From an uncultured bacterium (lineage in GTDB: Bacteria > DYJV01), in assembly GCA_964543655.1 (NCBI GenBank), contig CAZIZE010000053.1, forward strand, positions 1 to 45,985: a DNA stretch of 45,985 nucleotides, written 5' to 3'. Below the pieces are notes generated by a model that saw nothing but the letters and a program-made list of their open reading frames with translations, was not told where the DNA came from and did no database searches. This document shows positions 26,868-34,236 of the stretch, in pieces; the first letter of the stretch is position 1; every line of letters starts with the position of its first letter. A program made the position numbers and the translations under genes.

Positions 26868-27890
26868 TTAAATATATTTCTCCTTTAAATGCTCTGACAA
26901 TAATTTATTTGTTGAAAAAACTTTAATTGCATCCTCTATTTTCATGGAACCAGTTCCACAGCTTGGAGTAATAAATGACTGTTTGAAAATTAGCTCTTTT
27001 TCCACTCCAGCCAAGGTTAGAGATTCAATTGCTTTTTTAAAAATAGCTTCAAGTTGCTCTACAGATATTTTATTTATATCTTCATTTGTTGGCACAAGTC
27101 CCCAGGCTAAAAATCCACCTTTTTCTAAAAAATCCTTTAGTTCTTCTGAGTAAAGGAGGAAGTTGTCCATGTATTGATATGCGTCAAAGTTAATAATTTG
27201 CACATTGGTTTTTAAAATTAATGACCAGTCAGTGTTTCCACAGCAGTGAATACCAGAGTATCCATTTAAACCTTCAAAAGCTCTATTAAACATATCAATT
27301 ATTATCTCCTCTGGTAAATTGAAAAAAGCAGAACCATAAGACACCATATATGGCTCATCAAAAAATATAATCATCTTTTCATTAAAAAATTTCTCCTGCC
27401 ATTTTGCTTTCATATTAATAAGGCTTACCACCATATCTCTCAGCTCATCATCATAAATAATGCTTCTTTTATTTTCATCAGTCACAGTTAGTCCAAAACT
27501 TACAGGTCCAGTAACATGGCCTTTCAACATTTCATAGGTAATCTGATTATTTTCAATATATTTATAAAGCTCATAAATACCTTTGCTGAAAGTTTCACTT
27601 ATTTTAAAATAATCAATGTTATTTTCTATAATATTGTTGTAAAATTCTTCTCTTTTACTATTATCAAGTTCTTTTCTGCTAACAAATATAGAAGCTTTTT
27701 GAATATCTATTTTAATTGCAGGCATGCCTTCTGCATATTGAATATACATATTTTCATAATTGTTAATATTTGGAAGTTGAGGCCAATATGGATAATCTTT
27801 GTAATTTTCAAAAATAGTTGATAAACTAAAATTAATATCAGTAAATGGCATACTCCCAATACCAAGAACATTTAAATCTCCTCTTAACAT
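26868..27890 (-). CDS. Core (single-barrel, folate-independent) methionine synthase-like protein
   Basis: 340 aa; GIGSMP, WPQLP, KGHVTGPVS, FFDEP, Zn-ligand motifs IHCCG and TPSCG; GGAG RBS. Confidence 0.78.
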   Translation of the reverse strand: MLRGDLNVLGIGSMPFTDINFSLSTIFENYKDYPYWPQLPNINNYENMYIQYAEGMPAIKIDIQKASIFVSRKELDNSKREEFYNNIIENNIDYFKISETFSKGIYELYKYIENNQITYEMLKGHVTGPVSFGLTVTDENKRSIIYDDELRDMVVSLINMKAKWQEKFFNEKMIIFFDEPYMVSYGSAFFNLPEEIIIDMFNRAFEGLNGYSGIHCCGNTDWSLILKTNVQIINFDAYQYMDNFLLYSEELKDFLEKGGFLAWGLVPTNEDINKISVEQLEAIFKKAIESLTLAGVEKELIFKQSFITPSCGTGSMKIEDAIKVFSTNKLLSEHLKEKYI

Positions 27891-27945
27891 AGTTAACTCC
27901 CTGTTTTGATTTTAATTTAAATAAAATTATTGAAAAAATATAAAA

Positions 27946-28146
27946 AGACCTTTGCACAGTAAAAAATGGTAAAAATTAATCCAATAGATAAGTAAATAAA
28001 AGTAACTATTTATAATGGATTCTTCGCTTTGCTCAGAATGATTTTTCAAGGTCATCCTGAAGGAGCGTAGAGACTTAAGAATCCATAACTTATTATTATC
28101 AAATAAAAATTTTAGCATATCACTAAAGATACTGTGTAAAGACCTT
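27946..28146. mobile_element. Putative non-autonomous MITE-like element with imperfect terminal inverted repeats
   Basis: Left end GACCTTTGCACAGTA (27947-27961) vs right end TACTGTGTAAAGACC (28130-28144): 12/15 inverted match; encloses a REP-like doublet; no coding capacity. Confidence 0.5.
28015..28086. repeat. REP-like palindromic doublet
   Basis: ATGGATTCTT...AAGAATCCAT perfect 10-bp inverted ends; units GATTCTTCGCTTTGCTCAGAATGA and GTCATCCTGAAGGAGCGTAGAGACTTAAGAATCC in opposite orientation; locally GC-rich. Confidence 0.7.
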
Positions 28147-28179
28147 ATAAAATATTTTCAATTTTTTTTCAATAAAAAC

Positions 28180-28227
28180 TTGACAAATGAACATATGTTT
28201 ATTATATTAGTTTTGAACATATGTTTA
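28180..28227 (+). promoter_or_regulatory. Sigma70 promoter with two identical palindromic operators
   Basis: TTGACA 28180-28185, 17 nt, TATATT 28203-28208; TGAACATATGTTTA at 28188-28201 and 28214-28227. Confidence 0.85.
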
Positions 28228-28239
28228 AAAGGAGTGGTA

Positions 28240-28689
28240 ATGAGACCCAAAAAAGAGAGAATAGTTAATGCACCACCAAAAGTATTGATTTTTAAGCCAG
28301 CTGGTATTCCTGCAATTAATCTTGAGAGGGTTGAGCTTTCTATTGACGAATATGAAGCAATAAGACTTGCAGACCTTTTTGGTGATGAGCAGGAGAGAGC
28401 TGCTAAAAAGATGGGTATTTCAAGACCTACTTTTACAAGATTAATTGAATCAGCAAGAAGAAAAGTTGCAGATGCCATTATAAATTGTAAGGAACTTGTT
28501 ATTGAAGGTGGTAATATACATTTTAAAAACAATATTTTTAGATGTTTAAAGTGCGGACATATTATCAAGGTTGAAATACATAGAAATGCCCCAGCAAAAT
28601 GCCCATCATGCGGTAGTATAAACCTCAAAAATATGGCTGAACATTTTGGACATGGTAAATGCTGCAGAAAGAGATTTGGCTGGGGATAA
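28240..28689 (+). CDS. DUF134 family HTH protein with C-terminal Zn ribbon (probable regulator)
   Basis: AAGGAG RBS then ATG 28240; MRPKKER, FKPAG, DEYEAIRLAD, AAKKMGISRPTFTRLIESARRKVADA; CLKC...CPSC. Confidence 0.9.
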   Translation: MRPKKERIVNAPPKVLIFKPAGIPAINLERVELSIDEYEAIRLADLFGDEQERAAKKMGISRPTFTRLIESARRKVADAIINCKELVIEGGNIHFKNNIFRCLKCGHIIKVEIHRNAPAKCPSCGSINLKNMAEHFGHGKCCRKRFGWG

Positions 28690-28712
28690 TTTTTTAGAAA
28701 GGAGGGGTTAAA

Positions 28713-28913
28713 ATGCCAAGATTTGATGGAACAGGGCCACTTGGTCAGGGACCAATGACAGGTAGAGGTATGGGTTATTGTAATGTTAATTATCCTTCTC
28801 CTGTTAGAAATTTCTGGGGTTTTAGAGGATTTGGTTTTGGAATGAGAAGAGGGTTTATGAATGGCAGGAGATGGTTTGGAAGAGGTTTTAGGTTTGGTAG
28901 AAGATTTTGGTAA
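28713..28913 (+). CDS. DUF5320 family protein (short, RG-rich)
   Basis: MPRFDGTGPLGQGPMTGRGMGYC; GGAGG RBS. Confidence 0.88.
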   Translation: MPRFDGTGPLGQGPMTGRGMGYCNVNYPSPVRNFWGFRGFGFGMRRGFMNGRRWFGRGFRFGRRFW

Positions 28914-28939
28914 AATAAAAATAAAAGGAGGTGATTATT

Positions 28940-29200
28940 ATGCCAGGATTTGATGGCACAGGACCACTTGGTCAGGGACCAATGACAGGTGGTGGTTTTG
29001 GATTTTGTGGAAGAGGTTATGGTAGAGGAATTAGAAGAGGTAGAGGATTTGGAATGGGAAGAGGCTTTGGAAGAAGGTTTTGGGGTGCTGCACCACTAAA
29101 TTACTCTCCTGAAGATGAACTTGAAATGTTGAAAAGGGAGAAAGAGCTTTTGGAACAAGATATTGCAGCTCTTGAAAAAGAGATTAGCGGAAATGAATAA
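28940..29200 (+). CDS. DUF5320 family protein with C-terminal coiled coil
   Basis: MPGFDGTGPLGQGPMTGGGFGFC, RG repeats, ELEMLKREKELLEQDIAALEKEI; GGAGGTG RBS supports ATG 28940. Confidence 0.88.
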   Translation: MPGFDGTGPLGQGPMTGGGFGFCGRGYGRGIRRGRGFGMGRGFGRRFWGAAPLNYSPEDELEMLKREKELLEQDIAALEKEISGNE

Positions 29201-29205
29201 GCTAA

Positions 29206-29225
29206 GGGCAGGTTAAAACCTGCCC
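29206..29225 (+). other. Intercistronic GC-rich hairpin without U-tract
   Basis: GGGCAGGTT-AA-AACCTGCCC perfect inverted repeat followed by AATATAAAA. Confidence 0.6.
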
Positions 29226-29246
29226 AATATAAAAATGGAGGAACTT

Positions 29247-30110
29247 ATGGCACAACTTAAAATAGCTGTTGCAAGTGGCAAAGGTGGCACTGGTAAAACT
29301 TTTTTCTCTACAAATCTATACTTTTCCCTTAAAGATAAATATAAAACATGTCTTGTTGATATAGATGTTGAAGAGCCTAATTCAGGACATTTTATAAATG
29401 ATAATAGTTTTACAAAGAATAATGCATATAATTTAATCCCTGAGGTAGATGTTGAAAAATGCACTTTGTGTGGAAAATGCTCTGAGTATTGTGTTTTTAA
29501 TGCAATTTTTGTAACTCCTGAGAAGTGGATTCTTTTCCCTGAAATCTGCAAAGGTTGTACTGCATGTATTAAATTGTGCCCTGAAAATGCTTTAAAATAT
29601 GGGAAAAAAGAGATAGGCACTATTTCAAATAATAATAGAGGATTTATGGAAGGCCGTTTAAAACCAAAAGAGCCAATTGCTGTGCCATTAATAAAACAAA
29701 CCAAAGAGATGGCTATTAATGAGTATAATGATTATGATGTTATAATATTTGATTCACCACCAGGGACAACATGCCCTACAATTGCTGCTATGAAAGGGAA
29801 TGATTTTATAGTTGTTGTTGGTGAGCCCACACCTTTTGGAGTAAATGATTTTATTATTACTTATGAGGTGCTTAAAAATCTAAAATTGAAATTTGGAGCT
29901 GTAATTAACAGATGCAACATTGGTAACAGCGAGCTTAAAGAATTTTGCATAAAAAATAATATTCCCATTTTAACTGAAATTCCACATAAAGAGGAAATTG
30001 CTCACAGTTATTCAAAAGGAGAAGCAGTTGTTAATCTAAATGCTGAATATAAAGAATACTTTTTATCAGCTTTTGAGAAAATTAAAAATATTGTGGGAGA
30101 AAAATTATGA
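29247..30110 (+). CDS. MinD-superfamily P-loop ATPase with inserted 2x[4Fe-4S] ferredoxin domain
   Basis: SGKGGTGKT, DIDVEEPN, CTLCGKCSEYC, CKGCTACIKLCP, DSPPGTTCP, EPTPFG; GGAGGA RBS favours ATG 29247. Confidence 0.9.
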   Translation: MAQLKIAVASGKGGTGKTFFSTNLYFSLKDKYKTCLVDIDVEEPNSGHFINDNSFTKNNAYNLIPEVDVEKCTLCGKCSEYCVFNAIFVTPEKWILFPEICKGCTACIKLCPENALKYGKKEIGTISNNNRGFMEGRLKPKEPIAVPLIKQTKEMAINEYNDYDVIIFDSPPGTTCPTIAAMKGNDFIVVVGEPTPFGVNDFIITYEVLKNLKLKFGAVINRCNIGNSELKEFCIKNNIPILTEIPHKEEIAHSYSKGEAVVNLNAEYKEYFLSAFEKIKNIVGEKL

Positions 30111-30982
30111 AAGAGATACTGGTAATTAGCGGAAAAGGCGGCGCAGGTAAAACTTCAGTTGCAACAGCTCTCAGTTTTTTTATAAATAGAAATGATATTA
30201 TTGTTGATTGTGATGTTGATGCAGCTGATATGCATATTTTACTCCACCCAGATTATAGTCAAAAATTTGATTTTTTTTCAGGAAAAGAGTGTGAAGTAAT
30301 TTCAGATAAATGCTCTGGTTGTGGAATCTGTGAAGAAAACTGCCATTACAGTGCAATAAAGGTTATTAATAACATTGCATCTATTGACCAATTAGAGTGT
30401 GAACATTGTTTGCTATGTTACAATGTTTGCCCTGAAAATGCAATAAAAGTAAGTGATATGCATTGCGGGGAGTATTTTATTTCAAATACAAGAACAGGAA
30501 AAACACTTGTTCATGCACGATTATTTTCAGGTGCAGATAATTCTGGAAAGCTTGTTTCAACTGTTAGAACAGAAGCAAAAAAGGTTGCTCAAAGTAAGAA
30601 ATCTGATTTCATACTGATTGATGGACCACCAGGAATAGGCTGCCCTGTAATTGCTTCAATTACAGGTATTAATTATGCAGTTCTTGTAACTGAGCCCACT
30701 CTTTCAGGGTTAAGTGACCTAAAAAGAGTTGTTGAAATAGTAAACCATTTTAAAGTTAAAAGTGGTTGCATTATAAATAAGGCAACTATCAACATAGAAA
30801 TAAAAAAAGAAATAGAAAAATTTTGCAGTGAAAGCAATATTCCAATTTTAGGAGAAATTTCATACAATAAAAATTTTTATAGTGCATTAACAGAGAAAAA
30901 ATCAATTGTTGAAATAGATGAAGGTTTTAAAAAAATTTTTAAAAATATCTGGGAAAAAATTTTAAATGAAATCAAAAAATAG
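30107..30982 (+). CDS. MinD-superfamily P-loop ATPase with inserted 2x[4Fe-4S] ferredoxin domain (second paralog)
   Basis: SGKGGAGKT, DCDVDAAD, CSGCGICEENC, CEHCLLCYNVCP, SGKLV, DGPPGIGCP, TEPTLSG. Confidence 0.9.
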   Translation: MKEILVISGKGGAGKTSVATALSFFINRNDIIVDCDVDAADMHILLHPDYSQKFDFFSGKECEVISDKCSGCGICEENCHYSAIKVINNIASIDQLECEHCLLCYNVCPENAIKVSDMHCGEYFISNTRTGKTLVHARLFSGADNSGKLVSTVRTEAKKVAQSKKSDFILIDGPPGIGCPVIASITGINYAVLVTEPTLSGLSDLKRVVEIVNHFKVKSGCIINKATINIEIKKEIEKFCSESNIPILGEISYNKNFYSALTEKKSIVEIDEGFKKIFKNIWEKILNEIKK

Positions 30983-30994
30983 AAGGAGGCAGAA

Positions 30995-31357
30995 ATGAAA
31001 ATAGCATTAACAGTTACAGAAAAATCTGAAAATGCCAAAGTTGACCCAAGATTTGGTAGATGCGCATATTTTTTAATTTACAATGATGAAACAGGAGAGA
31101 AGAGATTTATTGATAATACCCAGAATCTCAATGCACCACAGGGAGCTGGTATTCAGGCATCTCAAAATGTGTTAAAAGAAAATATAGAAGTTTTAATCAC
31201 AGGTAATGTTGGACCAAAAGCCTTTAATTTACTTAAAAGTTCAAATGTAAAGATTTTTACAGGTGCATCTAATATGACAGTTGACGAAGCAATTCAAGCT
31301 TATAAAGATGGTAAATTACAGGAAGCATCAGGTGCTACAAAACCTGGACACTGGTAA
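30995..31357 (+). CDS. NifB/NifX family (Orange-protein-like) metallocluster-binding protein
   Basis: DPRFGRCAYF, GAGIQA, ITGNVGPKAF. Confidence 0.88.
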   Translation: MKIALTVTEKSENAKVDPRFGRCAYFLIYNDETGEKRFIDNTQNLNAPQGAGIQASQNVLKENIEVLITGNVGPKAFNLLKSSNVKIFTGASNMTVDEAIQAYKDGKLQEASGATKPGHW

Positions 31358-31429
31358 AATAAAATCCTTGTAATGTTTAAAATTTTATAATATTAGAGCA
31401 GGGTTTAAGAAAAATCAGGAGGATAAAGA

Positions 31430-32656
31430 ATGAATCAACAGCAGGAAAATACAGAGAGAATGAAGGAAAATCTTGCAAGAATCAAAAGAAAATATATTGT
31501 TTTAAGTGGTAAAGGTGGAGTTGGTAAAAGCACAGTTAGTGTTAACCTTGCAGCAACTTTAAATTTGCTTGGTAAAAAGGTGGGCATTTTAGATGTAGAT
31601 ATTCATGGTCCATCAATTGCCAAAATGACAGGTATTTCTGGTAAACGGTTGGAAATGAATAAAAATGGCAATCCAGTGCCTTTGAAAATCAAAGATAATT
31701 TTTATGTTTTAACAATTGCAGCGCTTCTTGAATCAGATGATACTCCTGTGGTTTGGAGAGGTCCTTTGAAAATGACAGCAATTAAACAGTTTTTAAATGA
31801 TATTGAGTGGCCGGAACTTGATTATCTCATTATTGATTGTCCTCCTGGTACAGGAGATGAACCATTAAGTGCAGTTCAGTTAATAGGACAGGTTGATGGC
31901 TCTATAATTGTTTCAACTCCACAGGAAGTTGCATTTCTTGATGCAAGAAAGACCATTAATTTCTCAAAGATGTTAAAAGTACCGGTTGTTGGGATTGTAG
32001 AAAATATGTCAGGTTTTAAATGCCCAAAGTGTGGTGAAATAACCTATATTTTTAAATCTGGTGGTGCTGAGAAAGCTGCAAAAGATTTTGGTGTGGATAT
32101 TTTAGGAAAAGTTCCTTTTGAAATTGAAATGGTTGAAAGTGGCGACTCAGGCAAATTTTTTGTTGAAAAGTATCCAGAAAGTGAAGGTGCAAAGGTTTAT
32201 AAAGAAATTGCAACTAAGATTATGGAAAAAGAGAATAGCAGTACCACATCTTCAACTGTTGAGCAACATGAGAATCCCTGTTCAACATGTGCTGCAAAGT
32301 GCAATTCAAATGGAGGTAATAAAATGAAAGTAGCTGTTCCACTTGCAAATGGGTTACTCTGTATGCACTTTGGCCATGCAGAGGAGTTTGGTTTGTATGA
32401 ACTTGAAAATGGCAAAATTATCAATAAAGAGTATGTAACACCACCACCTCATGAACCAGGAGTTATACCAAAGTGGTTAAATAGTCTAAATGTAAATATT
32501 ATTATTGCTGGTGGAATGGGTTCAAGGGCACAGCAATTTTTTAATGAATACGGGATAAAGGTGCTTGTTGGAGCACCAGCTAAAAAGCCAGAAGAGCTTA
32601 TAGAAGAAATGGTAAAAGGCACTTTGCAATTAGGCTCAAATGTTTGCGACCATTAG
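31430..32656 (+). CDS. Mrp/NBP35 (ApbC) Fe-S carrier ATPase fused to a C-terminal NifB/NifX domain (MrpORP-like)
   Basis: SGKGGVGKST, DVDIHGPS, WRGP, DCPPGTGD, ENMSGFKCPKC; then CMHFGHAEEF, PPPHEPG, AGGMG, NVCDH. Confidence 0.9.
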   Translation: MNQQQENTERMKENLARIKRKYIVLSGKGGVGKSTVSVNLAATLNLLGKKVGILDVDIHGPSIAKMTGISGKRLEMNKNGNPVPLKIKDNFYVLTIAALLESDDTPVVWRGPLKMTAIKQFLNDIEWPELDYLIIDCPPGTGDEPLSAVQLIGQVDGSIIVSTPQEVAFLDARKTINFSKMLKVPVVGIVENMSGFKCPKCGEITYIFKSGGAEKAAKDFGVDILGKVPFEIEMVESGDSGKFFVEKYPESEGAKVYKEIATKIMEKENSSTTSSTVEQHENPCSTCAAKCNSNGGNKMKVAVPLANGLLCMHFGHAEEFGLYELENGKIINKEYVTPPPHEPGVIPKWLNSLNVNIIIAGGMGSRAQQFFNEYGIKVLVGAPAKKPEELIEEMVKGTLQLGSNVCDH

Positions 32657-32673
32657 ACTTTCTTTTTATATAG

Positions 32674-32703
32674 TGCCTTCCTTTTATAGGAAGGCATTTT
32701 ATA
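32674..32703 (+). terminator. Rho-independent terminator after the metallocluster operon
   Basis: TGCCTTCCT-TTTAT-AGGAAGGCA followed by TTTTAT. Confidence 0.75.
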
Positions 32704-32707
32704 TTTT

Positions 32708-34183
32708 ATGAAAAAAGTAAAATTATTTATTCTTTTAATTTTATTTACAGGATTGGGTGAAATAACCTCACCTATACATTCGCTCTACTTTTTATCTTTT
32801 ATTCTCTATGTTCCTTTTTTTTATGCATTATATATTTACAGAGAAAAATGGTGGCAAATTGCACTGCTATTTGGCTTGCTATATAATCTTATCTATTTTA
32901 GATGGCTGATTTACCCTTTTCAATATACTGATGTCCCGGCTATTTTTTCCTATATTGTTTTACTTTTAATGGCTTTTGCTCTTACCATATTTCTACTGAT
33001 ATTTGCATATTTTTTTGTAAAAGTTTTAAAATTTAAAAATTATGTTATTGCAGCTTCTATTTTCACATCTCTTGAAATAGTCAAAGGTGTTATATTTACA
33101 GGGTTTCCATGGGGTGATTTAAGTTATAATCTTGCTCAAAATCCTGAACTTATTCAAATAGCTTCTTTTACTGGCTCATATTCTATTACTTTTATAATTT
33201 TTTTAATAAACATTCTAATTTTTGATTTTTTAATTTTTAAAAATTTTAAAAATATTCTAACTGCAGTGCTAATATTCATACTATTTTTTATTGCTAATAT
33301 TTATATTTTTAAAATTAACACCAATAGGGGAATTGGTAAAAATATTCTTTTAGTCCAGGGTAATATTCCAGAAAAAATGAAATTTAATGAAAAAAATGCA
33401 GGAAAAATTATAGATATTTATATTAAATTAACAGAGAAAAATTTAAGCACTAAAACTGATTTAATAATCTGGCCAGAGTCAATCTATATTAAATTTTTAA
33501 ATGAAGATAAAGCTCTTAAAGAAAAGTTATTTAATTTTTTATGCAAAATAAAAAAGCCTGTAATTATAGGGATGCCATCAATAAAGTTTTTTGATAATAA
33601 AAAATACAAAATTTATAACAGCTTATATTTATTTATTAATGATAAAAAGTTTCTAAAATATGATAAAGTTCATCTTGTGCCTTTTGGTGAATACACTCCA
33701 TTGAAGAAATTGCTCTTTTTTGTGAATAAAATAGTTCCAGGTGTGGATTTTTCTCCTGGTGAAAAATTAAAAATAGTAAAATATAAAGATTTTAAAATAA
33801 TACCTTTAATTTGCTTTGAAGGTATTTTTCCATGGCAAATTTTAAAAATGAACAAACTTGGAGGAAATATTATTGTTAATATTAGTAATGAAGCATGGTT
33901 TGGAAACAGCTTTGCTTTGTATCAGCATATTGCTGCAAATATCCTCAGGGCAGTTGAAAGTGGAAAGTATTTTATTAGATGTTCCAATAGTGGTATAAGC
34001 GCTATAATTAACAGCAAAGGGGAAATTTTATCCAAACTTGATTACAATAAAAAAGGAGTTTTATTTTCCCATGTAAAATTGTTTAATAAACTTTCATTTT
34101 ATGATAAAACAGGTTACTTTATAAATTTTTTCTTTTTCCTTCCTATTATATTTCTTCTTTTAATGATGCAGAAAAAATATTGA
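32708..34183 (+). CDS. lnt: Apolipoprotein N-acyltransferase
   Basis: TM region with FTGFPW; nitrilase domain VQGNI, WPES, YDKVHLVPFGEY, ICFEGIF, SNEAWFG, RAVE, NSGIS. Confidence 0.95.
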   Translation: MKKVKLFILLILFTGLGEITSPIHSLYFLSFILYVPFFYALYIYREKWWQIALLFGLLYNLIYFRWLIYPFQYTDVPAIFSYIVLLLMAFALTIFLLIFAYFFVKVLKFKNYVIAASIFTSLEIVKGVIFTGFPWGDLSYNLAQNPELIQIASFTGSYSITFIIFLINILIFDFLIFKNFKNILTAVLIFILFFIANIYIFKINTNRGIGKNILLVQGNIPEKMKFNEKNAGKIIDIYIKLTEKNLSTKTDLIIWPESIYIKFLNEDKALKEKLFNFLCKIKKPVIIGMPSIKFFDNKKYKIYNSLYLFINDKKFLKYDKVHLVPFGEYTPLKKLLFFVNKIVPGVDFSPGEKLKIVKYKDFKIIPLICFEGIFPWQILKMNKLGGNIIVNISNEAWFGNSFALYQHIAANILRAVESGKYFIRCSNSGISAIINSKGEILSKLDYNKKGVLFSHVKLFNKLSFYDKTGYFINFFFFLPIIFLLLMMQKKY

Positions 34184-34208
34184 CAAATATTAAAAATCAA
34201 GATATATT
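34180..34208 (+). promoter_or_regulatory. Sigma70-type promoter for the TonB receptor operon
   Basis: TTGACA 34180-34185 (contains the lnt TGA stop), 17 nt, TATATT 34203-34208. Confidence 0.7.
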
Positions 34209-34236
34209 AATAATTAATATTACAAAAAGAGATTTA

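Noticed and set aside
27927-28118. 63-aa ORF containing 'ILKSLRSFRMT...HSEQSEES'
   Set aside because: This is the translation of the REP-like palindromes, a common spurious-ORF signature.
28180-28239. TTG start at 28180 for DUF134 (likewise TTG 34180 for the TonB receptor)
   Set aside because: These TTGs are the -35 boxes. The downstream ATGs (28240, 34237) have an RBS or signal peptide and match the family N-termini.
28713-28990. Repeated 27-51 bp sequence as a possible CRISPR repeat
   Set aside because: There are only two copies, 227 bp apart, both coding for DUF5320 N-termini, and no cas genes.
30995-32656. NifB/NifX domains as evidence for nitrogen fixation
   Set aside because: No nifHDK/ENB genes are present, and these domains are common in non-diazotroph Orp-type operons.
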